Assembly: GCA_973895155.1 (NCBI GenBank)
Contig: OZ316893.1
Location: 5,284,171 to 5,348,170, forward strand
Reading direction: 5' to 3'
Source: Marsupella aquatica
Lineage: Eukaryota > Plantae > Marchantiophyta
DNA length: 64,000 bases
Shown here: positions 11,413-24,962 of the stretch, piece after piece
How positions within the stretch are numbered: the first letter of the stretch is position 1
How the letters are laid out: every line of letters starts with the position of its first letter
Program-made: the position numbers and the translations under genes
The notes under the pieces: model-generated
Told to the model about the DNA's origin: nothing
The model's database searches: none
Seen by the model: only the letters and a program-made list of their open reading frames with translations

Positions 11413-13629
11413 TTACTCATCGTCATCCTCCTCCGGAAGACAAGCCTCGTAGGGTTCAGTTTCAAGCACCCCGACCACTTTCTCCAAGGCCTGCCCTCCG
11501 AACACAAACTCAATGGCCAATTGCCACCCACGCCACTGCTGTGCCTTGGGATCTGAGAACAGATCGAGTCCCCGGTCAGGCCGGTGCTGCACGTATTCCA
11601 TCCAGTCTGTGTTCGCAATTTCCAGATTACAGAGCATAATCGCCACATCCACAGCCTGCACTCTCGGCGCGTTGTACCACTCCTTCGCTGGATCTTGCTC
11701 CCATGACCCGTCCAGCCGAGGGCAAAGCTCGGGCCGACTGTCCAGGAAGTTCCATATACTCAACGCGACACACTTGATTGTGCCGTCCTTCATAGACTGA
11801 GAGTCGATCACGAGGGCGTACTCTTGTCCCCCAAACGTGTATATTGGAACGTGCTCTTTCCGATGAAATGCGAGCTCTCCGAACACAGCTTTGAGATCGT
11901 CGACACCCGTGTTCTCCAAATTGCTCTTGCGCCATTCGTAATCCTCCGCCCTTGGGTCGTCCTTTGCGAAGGACAGCAGCGCGTCCCACTGCTCGACGGG
12001 AGTCGACGGCGACGGTGACTGCAAGCCGTCGTAAAACGTCATTTCCACGACAAGGATGTTTTCGAAGAAGGAGCTCTTGCGAAGGATGTGCCGTAGGAGC
12101 TCGTAGACGGCGCCGTTGGAGTAGTCCGTCCGGATCACGGGGTAATGCAAGCACGGGAGTGCGTAGTCGACGGCGGAAGCATCTTCGTGGACGGCAAGAA
12201 GACGACGAGGTTGGTCGGGTCGATGTTGGGGATGTCGACGAGGAATGTCACAAATGCGATGCTGTCCAGCTTCAAAGCTCGAGTGAGGGCGCCAGCGATC
12301 GATCACTTTGCGGAGGAGTATTCGGAGCTCCAAATCAACCCAGACCCTTGTCCACTCCTTGTGCTCTTCGCTTTGCCGGTCGAATTCGAGTTTATCGGTT
12401 TTGGCGAGGTTTTTGTAATGTTGATGCGTGTCACCGTCAGTTGATTCCCAATCAGCGTGAATTTGGGCTCGGGTTGTGGAGCAGTGTGGATCCTTCCCGA
12501 AATGTGGCGATGCCGCTGTTGTGAGCCTGTCTGCGTAGAAGAGCGTGTAAGCGTTACGGGCTGCCCGCGGACAACGATCCCATCGATGCAGATTTGGAGG
12601 AATTGACGTGAGAAGCTGTTTCTCGTGTGGTGTCAAGTTTTGGTCCTCGGTCGGGGCCCATTGCAGCGCCGCATCATCAACCGAAACGACTTCTCCGTCT
12701 GTGCTTTGTGCCTTATTCCCACTATCATCGTCATCCTTTGCTTCATCTATAGCATTATCAGCTTCACCTTTGTCATCCTCCGCTTCACCTTCATCAACCT
12801 CAACATTGTCTATGTCTTCTTCGGATGGTCCAATTTTGGGGCCACTGCGTGCTCGTTTTCCTGGGGATGGAGCTAGCTCCGGAAGTTGAGGTTCTGTATC
12901 CAAGAGTAGCGCTGCTTCTTCTCCTTTCATCTTGCGAGCATTGTTTCTGATGTCAAGTCGTCGTTGTGCTTCTTGCCTCCAGTGACTTTTCTCCTCGTCG
13001 TCAATGCTGCCCCATAGCCAAATGTTTGCCCCGTCCTGATACAGCTCGTGGGAGTCGATGGAGCCCTTCCTGGCATCGTATAGCCGAGATCTCGTCTCGG
13101 GTGAATTTTTGAACAAGTCGAATGCGGATGGGGCAAGACCGGTCGTCTGAAGCTTCTTCTCCTCGAGCAATTGGAGCAGCTCTTCCGTTCCTTCTCGTCC
13201 TACCAGCTCCACGCGTTCATCATAGCGTTGCTTGTCCCTGTCAGCTGCTTGCCTCAAAAAGGAGAGCTCTTCTGGACTGAGGCTTTTCCATGCTTCTAGG
13301 GCGCGAGCCGAATGGTCGAGCCAGTTCACATCAATTTGTCCTTCGCTACATGTCTTGACAAATGTCTGGACAGCTTGGTGCGTGAATGGTCCGAGAGGCG
13401 GACGGGGTACCGAACGTCTCTCCCCGTATGCCCGATATGAGTGATTGGTACCGGTTTCTACCAAATCCACGAGGATCGTGCTAAATTCTGCGGGAACTGA
13501 CAATATATCGGTCATGCTTACGATACTGAACTTACTCAAGCCCTGGTCAAGACTCAAAGTGGCTAATTTGCTATTGAAGAAACATCCATCGAGCAAACGT
13601 ATTACACCAATCGATATCCCTTTCAACAT
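11413..13629 (-). CDS. Intronless 3x HMG-box + acidic linker + DUF6924-like protein, copy 1 (start shared with copy 2 is the ATG at 13515)
   Basis: 738-aa ORF. HMG-like boxes: PRPPLGPF..WKSLSPEELSFLRQAADRDKQRYD; APSAFDLF..WGSIDDEEKSHWRQEA; PRAARNAYTLFY..WESTDGDTHQHYKNLAKTDKLEF. C-terminal PVIRTDYS..DDP..YALVIDSQS..RVQAVDV..NLEIANTDWMEY, then an acidic tail. Confidence 0.85.
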   Translation of the reverse strand: MLKGISIGVIRLLDGCFFNSKLATLSLDQGLSKFSIVSMTDILSVPAEFSTILVDLVETGTNHSYRAYGERRSVPRPPLGPFTHQAVQTFVKTCSEGQIDVNWLDHSARALEAWKSLSPEELSFLRQAADRDKQRYDERVELVGREGTEELLQLLEEKKLQTTGLAPSAFDLFKNSPETRSRLYDARKGSIDSHELYQDGANIWLWGSIDDEEKSHWRQEAQRRLDIRNNARKMKGEEAALLLDTEPQLPELAPSPGKRARSGPKIGPSEEDIDNVEVDEGEAEDDKGEADNAIDEAKDDDDSGNKAQSTDGEVVSVDDAALQWAPTEDQNLTPHEKQLLTSIPPNLHRWDRCPRAARNAYTLFYADRLTTAASPHFGKDPHCSTTRAQIHADWESTDGDTHQHYKNLAKTDKLEFDRQSEEHKEWTRVWVDLELRILLRKVIDRWRPHSSFEAGQHRICDIPRRHPQHRPDQPRRLLAVHEDASAVDYALPCLHYPVIRTDYSNGAVYELLRHILRKSSFFENILVVEMTFYDGLQSPSPSTPVEQWDALLSFAKDDPRAEDYEWRKSNLENTGVDDLKAVFGELAFHRKEHVPIYTFGGQEYALVIDSQSMKDGTIKCVALSIWNFLDSRPELCPRLDGSWEQDPAKEWYNAPRVQAVDVAIMLCNLEIANTDWMEYVQHRPDRGLDLFSDPKAQQWRGWQLAIEFVFGGQALEKVVGVLETEPYEACLPEEDDDE

Positions 13630-13766
13630 GGAATTCTAATGGTCAAAGTAGTTCGTACATCGGAGAAATTCAAATCGGAGGTCGGAGCATCATTTTCTGA
13701 AAACTATGTGTCTGAAACGGATGACATCGTGGAAATACGAAGAAACTCTATCCAATCTGGGGAATA

Positions 13767-14010
13767 GGCGGCTTCTCACTATCTTCACAGTAAATACTTA
13801 TCTTGGTGGCATGCTCAGTCAACCCTATTCAGCAGTAAACTTCCTTCTGACGCTCCCAGAGTAGTGTCTCTCAAGCTACCTACATTAGTACGTAGTCAAA
13901 CCACAATCTCAAAGAAGAAAGAATTTGCTTGCTGAAATCGGCCGCTTCTCAGGATCTTCACAGCAAACATTTATCTTGGTGGCATACTCTGTCATTCCTG
14001 TTCAGCAGTT
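13767..14010. repeat. Block D, upstream module of the HMG genes (partners ~18697-18945 and a fragment at ~15087-15150), internally repeated
   Basis: ggc.gcttctca..atcttcacag.aaa occurs twice here and once at 18697; gacgctcccagagtagt..c.ctcaagctaccta is shared with the partner. Confidence 0.75.
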
Positions 14011-14529
14011 GCATCCGAAGGTTAAATTTCCTTCTAAACGGAATCTTGCAGAGCTTTGATATCAGCTCCTCCTCTGCGGTTTTCGTTTTTGCTGTGTGCT
14101 CTTGCATCGAAATTTGGGCGTGGGTCCCCCTGCCCCACCGCCCACCACTGGACCGGGCCACTCGATCCAGGACTCACTGCCATTCGACAAAGTCCCCGAC
14201 CTTGTGGTCCTCGTCCCCAACCCCAAATGGGAATTATTGTCGCACTCACAAAAGCGAATTCAGTGATGGGTGTTGTCCTGGTCGTTTCCTTCGCTTCTAT
14301 GGCCTAACTGCCCAAGATTGTAGACTTCGAAATTTTTGCACGGTTCTGCCCAGCGAAAAATGGGAAGGAATGAAATGAAATCAATCATTCAAGCCCAGCG
14401 TTTGCATTACATTTGTACCTCGTTGTTATTGTTTTGGGACGAGGGTTACGCTCTACGCTTCACCGCGCACACGATTGAAATGACAATTTGAGATGATTGC
14501 TGCTGTTCGCCAGGTACGAAACTGAACAA

Positions 14530-15085
14530 GAGTAATCTTTTAATAATTTTAGAGAGTTCTTTAACCCAACGGACCACTTGGATAGACTGTCTGCAGGCGA
14601 AGTTTCTAACTCAGATATGTATTTTTTCTTAAACTTCCGTTTTTAATGGGTATCAAGAATTTTGATCCATCTTGGTTGTTTTGTCAAAACTGGCCCGGGC
14701 AACAACGTCATGAACCTGATAGTTGTAGGTGACGGTACTTCACCTCGGATACCTGATGGTATGATGTGAATATACGAGACCTGTATTTGAATCTTTCAAT
14801 CTTGTATATGGTGAAGTGGCAGTGACGCCACCCGAAAAACCCAAAAAAACCTTATCACGGCCACTTCAGAGTTCACCTGTGAAGAGTACTGTTGGCTACT
14901 TCTTCTATCGAGTGTATATCGGATTCACTTATTGTAGTGTAGTGTAGTGTGCATATTTGGATTTGGAGAGGACTATGATGGCTGCTTGGACTTTTGATGG
15001 ACTGCCAGAATGACGTTTCCGAACATTTTCCTTCTATTATCTAGGCTTTCCCATAATTGTCAAAGATTGGAAACTACATCTTTTC
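14530..15085 (-). pseudogene. Second, diverged copy of the TIR-like relic (block A', partner ~5650-6205)
   Basis: Direct homology to 5650-6205 (tggcccgggca, tagtgtgcatatttggatttggagaggactatgatggc). Retains AAIIVLSKSKYAHY and VVRWVKELSK. Confidence 0.55.
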
Positions 15086-15891
15086 GTCAAGCTACCTACA
15101 CATTACAACGCAGTCAAGAAGAAAGAATATGCCGACTGAAAGAGTGCTAACTCTCCGAGGCAAGGTGGTGCCAACTTTGAGAAAGATGTCACAGGTTGTA
15201 GATCTTCGGCTGTAACCATTCCCGTTCACAGGTAGATCCAGTCAGTGTACTCACCGGGCTAAGTTTATTGCTAGTATCATCCTTCACAAGGCACGTTAAT
15301 TGCTCGACCTCCAATGGCACCACTTGTCTCGGAGAGATTTCATTGCATCCTTCTGTTATCCTTGAGGGTTTAAGGATCGATGACCAGGCTTTGCAAGAAA
15401 AGAATATGGAAATCTCAGTCTATAAATCTAAAACTGCTGTTTCTTTTGAAATCGAAAGGTCGATATGCAGTCACCAAAAGCACTTGTGAAGTAGAGAAAA
15501 CCTTAGTCCCAGAAAACAATCGACCTTCACACATAATCGTAGTTTCACAATTTCAAAAAGAGAGATCCAGATCCGGTCAATGTTGGGTCTGAGAATCAAA
15601 TGCGCAAGCATTCGAACGTTTCCCACGTTTATCTAATCAGCCATCAACGTGTTCAAATGCATGGTCGTCCATTTGAACCACTGCTATATTTGAATTTGAG
15701 CGAAAGTTCTTACAGAGACGTAAATTCTCAAAAGTCCCCATTCAGCATTGTGGTGTTTTCGTAATTGCTGATTCGGATCTCAGAGGCTAGTGCTTCGGCA
15801 TTCGCATTTGGTGGACGACAGTCATTCATGCCGTGACTCTCACTTTCTATCTAAATCCCTCTTTAGCTAACAATTCCCGACTCGCCTGGCT

Positions 15892-18000
15892 TCACTCATC
15901 CTCATCGTCCTCATCCTCGTCATCATCCGGAAGACAAGCCTCGGAGGGTATAGTTTCAACCACCCCGACCACGTTCTCCAAGGCCTGCCCTCCGAACACA
16001 TACTCAATGGCCAGTTGCCACCCACGCCACTGCTGTGCCTTCGGATCTGACAGCAGATCAAGTCCCTGGTCAGGCCGGTGCTGCACGAATTCGATCCAGT
16101 CTATGTTCACAGTGTCCAGATTACTGAGCTCAATCACCACATCCGCAGCCTGTACTCTCGGCGCGAGGTACCACTCCTTCGTTGGATCTTGCTCCCATGC
16201 CCCGTCCGGCTGAAGGCGATGCTCGGGCCGACTGTCCACAAAGTCATACATTCTCAACGAGACGAACTTGACCGTGCCGTCCTTCATAGACTGAGAGTCG
16301 ATCACGATGGCGTACTCATGTCCCCCAAACGTGTATATAGGAACGTGCTCTTTCCGATGAAATGCGAGCTCTCCGAACGCAGATTTGAGATCGTCGACAC
16401 TCTTGTTCTCCAAATTGGCTTTGCACCATTTGTAATCCTCTGCCCTTGGGTCGTCCTTCGCGAAGGATGGAAGCTCGTCCCTCTCCTCGACGGGAGTCGA
16501 CGGCGACGGTGACTGCAAGCCGTCGTAAAACGTCATCTCCAGGCACAGGGGGTCTCCAATGAAGGAGCTGTTGAGAAGGACTTGCCGTAGGTGCTCGTAG
16601 ACGGCGCCGTTGGAGTAGTCCGTCCGGATGACGGGGTAATGCAAGCACAGGAGTGCGTAGTCGACGGCGGAAGCATCTCCGTCGGCACGAAGGGGACGGG
16701 GTTCCTCGGGTCGATGTTGGGGGTGTCGACGAGGAATGTCGGGCCAAATGCGATGCTGTTCAGATCCGAAGCTCGAGTGAGGGCGCCAGCGATCGATCAC
16801 TTTGCGGAGGAGGATTCGGAGCTCCAAACCACACCAGGCCTTTTCCCACTCGTCGTGCTCTTTGCTTTGCTGGTCGAATTCGAGTTGATCGGTTTTGGCG
16901 AGGATTTCGAAATGTTGATGCGTGTCACCGTCAGTTGATTCCCAATCAGCGTGAATTTGGGCTCGGGCTGTGGAGCAATGTGGATCCTTTGCGAAATGTG
17001 GCGATGCCGCTGTTGTGAGCCTGTCTGCGTAGTAGAGCGTGTAGGCATTACGGGCTGCCCGCGGACAACGATCCCATCGACACAGATTCGGAGGAATTGA
17101 CTTGAGAAGCTGTTTCTCGTGTGGTGTCAAGTTTTGGTACAAGGTCGGGGCCCATTGCAGCGCCGCATCATCAACGGAAACTACTTCTCCATCTGTACTT
17201 TGTGCCTTGTGCCGACTATTATCGTCATCGTCATCTTCTTCCTCATCTGCATCATTTTCAGCTTCACCTTCATCATCCTCAGCTTCACCTTCATCATCGT
17301 CAGCATTGTCTATGTCTTCTTTGGATGGTCCAGCTGTAGGGCCAAGGCGCTTACGTTTTCGTGGGGTTGGAGCTAGCTCCGAAGGTTGAGGTTCTGTATC
17401 CAATAGTAGCTCTGCTTCTTCTCCTTTGCGAACATTGTTTCTGATGTCAAGTCGGCGCTGTGCTTCTTGCCTCCAGTGCCTTTTCTCCTCCTCGTCAATG
17501 CTGCCCCATAGCCAGATGAACACCTTGTCGTCATAGAACTCGTGGTAGTCGATGGAGCCCTTCTTGGCATCGTAGAGCCGAGATCTCGTCTCGTGTGAAT
17601 TCTTGAACAAGTCGAATGCGGATGGGGCAAGACCGGTCGTCTGCAGCTTCTCCTCCTCGAGCAGTTGGAGCAGCCCTTCCGCTCCTTCTCGTCCTTCCAG
17701 CTCCACACGTTTGTCATAGCGTTGCTTGTCCCTGTCAGCTGCTTGGCGCAGAAGAGAGAGCTCTTTTGGACTGAGGCTATTCCATGCTTCTCGGGCCCGA
17801 ACCAAATGGTCGCGCCAATTCAGACCAATTTGTCCTTCGCTACATGTCTTGGCAAATGTCTGGACAGCGTGGTGCGTGAATGGTCCGAGAGGCGGACGGG
17901 GTACCGAACGTTTCTCCCCATGTGCGTAATTGAAGCCAGGTTCTATAAATCCCACCAGGATCGTGCTAAATTCTGCGGGAATTGGCAGTATATCCGCCAT
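15892..18000 (-). CDS. Intronless 3x HMG-box + DUF6924-like protein, copy 2 (~702 aa)
   Basis: Uninterrupted ORF collinear with copy 1. First ATG at 18000 (MADIL) aligns with MTDIL of copy 1. NLS-like PRKRKR, acidic tracts, PVIRTDYS...NLDTVNIDWIEF. Confidence 0.85.
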   Translation of the reverse strand: MADILPIPAEFSTILVGFIEPGFNYAHGEKRSVPRPPLGPFTHHAVQTFAKTCSEGQIGLNWRDHLVRAREAWNSLSPKELSLLRQAADRDKQRYDKRVELEGREGAEGLLQLLEEEKLQTTGLAPSAFDLFKNSHETRSRLYDAKKGSIDYHEFYDDKVFIWLWGSIDEEEKRHWRQEAQRRLDIRNNVRKGEEAELLLDTEPQPSELAPTPRKRKRLGPTAGPSKEDIDNADDDEGEAEDDEGEAENDADEEEDDDDDNSRHKAQSTDGEVVSVDDAALQWAPTLYQNLTPHEKQLLKSIPPNLCRWDRCPRAARNAYTLYYADRLTTAASPHFAKDPHCSTARAQIHADWESTDGDTHQHFEILAKTDQLEFDQQSKEHDEWEKAWCGLELRILLRKVIDRWRPHSSFGSEQHRIWPDIPRRHPQHRPEEPRPLRADGDASAVDYALLCLHYPVIRTDYSNGAVYEHLRQVLLNSSFIGDPLCLEMTFYDGLQSPSPSTPVEERDELPSFAKDDPRAEDYKWCKANLENKSVDDLKSAFGELAFHRKEHVPIYTFGGHEYAIVIDSQSMKDGTVKFVSLRMYDFVDSRPEHRLQPDGAWEQDPTKEWYLAPRVQAADVVIELSNLDTVNIDWIEFVQHRPDQGLDLLSDPKAQQWRGWQLAIEYVFGGQALENVVGVVETIPSEACLPDDDEDEDDEDE

Positions 18001-18752
18001 GCTTCGGATGCTTGGACCGCGACTTAACTTACTCAACCCCTGTTCGAGACGACTCAAATCGGCTAATTGGCTGTTGAGGCAACTGCTGTCTAGCCTCCAT
18101 CCAGTTAACCTATGACACCGATCGAGATTTTGAAACCTTACGAAATTAAATTCTAAACCAGATGCGGACAGAGTGTCACTGTGCTCTCGCAGTCGCTAAC
18201 GGGGTAAGCCACACGGAGGACTTCGCATGTCATCAAAATATGTGGTGGTCCTCACAAGTACGAGCCAACACCGGGGTTGCTTCGGTACCTCCACAAACCA
18301 GCCTAATCGAGACTTTTCTCATCAAATCACCAAACCAGTCGATGATTTGGACATTCCTCAGACAGTTCATGGAAGAACGGAACACCACATTATGGCTTTG
18401 GTGGATCATGTCAAGATGCACGAGCTGGCTTCTATGGAAATACGAAACCTGCAATGCAAATGCATGACCAACAATGGTTCGTGCATCGGAGGTCTATGAG
18501 AGTGTCTGAAAGGGATTATATCATGGAAACACGCCGAATCATGAAGTCGGTCGGACAAAGCGTAGGCACGGTTTCTGCCGGATTCGAAGCAGAGTCAATC
18601 CCAGTTTTGTATGATCGTAATCTGACCACGCAAATCCAATCCAGGGCATCTCAATTACCGAATTTGTCCCATCAACTCCATTCGTTCTGGGGGATCGGCG
18701 GCTTCTCAGGATCTTCACAGCAAACATTTATGCTTTGTCATCACTGTTCAGC

Positions 18753-18942
18753 AGTGGAATTCGACGCTCCCAGAGTAGTATCGCTCAAGCTACCTACTTC
18801 ACATTGTTACGTAGTAAAACCCCAAACCTTAAAGAAAGAAATCACTTAGTGGAATTCGACGCTCCCAGAGTAGTATCGCTCAAGCTACCTACTTCACATT
18901 GTTACGTAGTAAAACCCCAAACCTTAAAGAAAGAAATCACTT
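18753..18942. repeat. Perfect 2 x 95-bp tandem duplication within block D
   Basis: agtggaattcgacgctccc...aaagaaagaaatcactt is repeated exactly at 18753 and 18848. Confidence 0.95.
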
Positions 18943-20177
18943 ACTGGAAACGTGCCAACAAAGTGAAACAAAATACAGGAGGGCAAGAGGAAATAATCCA
19001 AACACACACTTCGGACAATTTCGTGTCGGAACGAATCTAGACCCAAATGGTCGGACAAACGGTGGAAAGTGAGTGGACTGTTTGGAAAAGTCAACTAATT
19101 TGACGATTCTCCGATCCAATGCGATCTAATTCCTCTTACAGGGTTCATTCTCATTGGGCATCTTCCTGAGTGAGAGAGATCTACGGTAGACCCAAACAAT
19201 CGGCGCTGAGGTGACCGTCGATCCCAGGGAAGTCTGACCACGGGCAAGGGAAACAGTTCAGAAACGCGTCATGTTCATGCCACGAGAGCGAACTTTCTCA
19301 GAGGCTCGAATGATTCACTTCACATGACACCTACAGGACTGCACCACGACCAATAGTCCCGTCGTCACACACGCCCCAAGCTTTTCGGAGAAATAATGCC
19401 TCACGAGCGAGCTTATGCATCACGTATGGGTATGGGTAGCTTCTCGGGTACACATAAAGTGCTTGCAATGGATTCCACATGTGTAATTCAAACCGTAAAC
19501 CCTCCTCATGCGCAGCGATTCTCCTGCAAACAGTGGTACTTCCGTTGGTGGCTTTTGACACGCAGCCAATCTGCCCCAACACTTTTCCCACTTCGACGCA
19601 GCAACAATCTCACCAAAGGAGGTGCCAAGACTAGTTCCTTACTGCTTAGAAGCTAAGGGGTTACAGTCCAGGTCGGAATACCAAAACTTCCATGATTTGC
19701 AGTCGTTGCAAGCACACGTCAGATTCTTCTTAGCAACAGCATTTCAGTATTTCTACTCATCAACAAAAGATCCGTAAGTTCCTTGCCTTTCCTCGACAGA
19801 CGGCATCAAACGGGTAAACTCGTCTTTACTAAACTGAACCAGAAATTCATGACGGGTCTGTAACAGCCTTGTGCAGACAGAGCCTAGACCTCCACAATTC
19901 TGCCCGCGTGGATTAATCAGCATTGCCTACTTCACGAGTTGAGCAGTTTCCGCTTGTGAAACATACCCCTTCCACGTTACACAAATCACCACGAATGCCA
20001 GATGCATTCTGTATACTATCCACGAATATGGATAAAGAATGGAATATCCTGATTCTAACAAACCTTAGGTATTGATGGCTTTTCTAGGTGAGCAAGAACC
20101 CTCACAATCTTTTGCCAGGGTTTTATTAATGAATTGCTTTTTCGAACGTGTTTGTCTACGTCTGAGGCTAATAAGAG

Positions 20178-22999
<2,822 letters not shown>

Positions 23000-24813
23000 C
23001 GCCTTCACACAGCGTCCAGCCCTAAAGGAATGAGACGTCAAGTGCTCCTCCTCACATATCCAACTCCATCCTACTTCCCGAGACGCATCAAAATTCTCTT
23101 CTCCCCTTACATTTCTGGCCCACCGCAGCTGCTGTGCCTGGCCAAGACGATGGTAATCCTTCCCTGACAGCCTGCCTTCTCATCTGCTCGACCTTCCTCA
23201 TCATCATACACCCAACCCTAGGCTTCTTCAAGAAACCTTCCCTCCCTCCTCTGGTACCAAGCTAAATCCGTCTCACGAATCCATCATCAGCTGCCTCCTC
23301 GGAGATGCCAGGGTCTCAAAATCTCAAAAAGCTGGCCTCACCAATCCTCTCGGCCGATTCGCTTTGCGGCAACAATGCCACCGCCAGCAGCAGCACCACA
23401 ACCTCAGTTGGTCTTCTTCTTTGCCTTCCACTCTGCAGTTGAGCTGAGGCCAATGTCACCTCCATGGGCCCCATCCTCCTCTTCAGCTTTCCGTCTCTTC
23501 CACTATGCTTCTGGAGACGCGTTCCCCTGCGGACGAAGATACATCATCCTCCTTCCGTCGGTCCCTTTCCTCTTCCCTGCCCAGCCAGCCGGGCTGCTGA
23601 GAAAAACCTTCTCACGCTGCTCTGCTCGGTCGATCACATCGACATGTAACGACGCTGCTGCCAAACGTCTCGGAGGGAAAATCACCATGACCAAATGGTG
23701 AAGAGATCCGATCAAGAGTGGGAGGGTCTCGGTGGATCACTTCACATCGGATCACCGAAATGCCACAATTCTCTTACGTACTTGCAGATTTCATTCATTC
23801 TGTAGCTGCTCCGGCTCGCATTAAGAATCCGGTGCATGCGGCGATGAACAGGACTGTAGCCCCACGTTCCGCTCCAAACGATCACTTTGACCTGTCTTGA
23901 ATCCACTATAGGAACTAGGAAGACGACGAGGACTGAAAAAACTCCAGCCGGTCGTCAGCCGGTGACGGACGACGACGAGGAAGTGTTTTTGTCTCCTGTG
24001 AAACGGTCATCGAGTGACCGGCTAGGGGCGGGCCGCGGCCCTGGCTGGTAACACTCAGGGCTTGAGGACCGCCACCAGGCGGTCGGTCGGCACATTGCAT
24101 TTCGTGGAAGGGTGGCGAAAGCGTTATTTTCTGACTTTAGTCACCGATTTGACCGGTCTCCACGTGAAAAATAGGTGATGTTTCACTCTCAACCCATGGT
24201 CTGGATTTCCTAAGAAAATGGGAAAGGGTGAGCACCGATAATGTCGATTTAAACTTAAATATATCACCTAACGGGTCAGATGGTTCAACTATAAAGGAGG
24301 TGATACAGTGGAAAGGTAACTAACTTTCAAAAACGCCCTCTCCTCCTGTAGAGGTTCACAAGGGACTCCTTGGAACATAGAAGCACTCACCACCATGCCC
24401 ATGGGCATCACAAAAATAAAATTAACTCACTTGTATGGTTAAAAAAGACTGCCAAAAATATACCCCTAAATCTCTAATTTACTGCAGCTCTTTTGCTCTG
24501 TTGGTGGCCTTTCCCAGACTCTAAAGGACTGTTGCAACAATTTATATGCAAGCAGGGCTGAACACATTTGGAGGGCTGAGGGTTATATATAAGGTAATGA
24601 AGGCTTGGTCTGGGGTTACTAGCCTGTAACCTTGTGAAACAAAAGAGGCGGCAATGGGGAAACTTTTCTGAGCTATGTGTGAGCAAGTTTCAAACTAGAA
24701 CCCCAGCCCAAACAGTCTTTATCATATGTAATACCTGTCCGGACAAAAGATTACCAGGTAAAATTTTCCGGGGCAGAAGGTTATGGAAATGGTAGCACCT
24801 AGTAGAAAAGGTT

Positions 24814-24962
24814 AGTTACACTAGGATTAGAGCTTGTGTTGGAAACCTTTCTTCCTGACAGGAATTAAGTTACATCATAGTGCTCCGGGGCATGCATTTT
24901 ATATTAGACAGACCATATAACCCTATAAAGAGTTACACTAGGATTAGAGCTTGTGTTGGAAA
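24814..24962. repeat. 32-bp exact direct repeat pair (24814-24845, 24931-24962)
   Basis: agttacactaggattagagcttgtgttggaaa occurs twice. Confidence 0.9.

Noticed and set aside
11513-18115. Many 60-190-aa alternative-frame and antisense ORFs over the HMG genes
   Set aside because: Shadow ORFs expected from GC-rich, low-complexity coding sequence; no independent motifs.
18162-18690. Overlapping short ORFs between HMG copy 2 and block D
   Set aside because: No recognisable motif in any frame; left unassigned.
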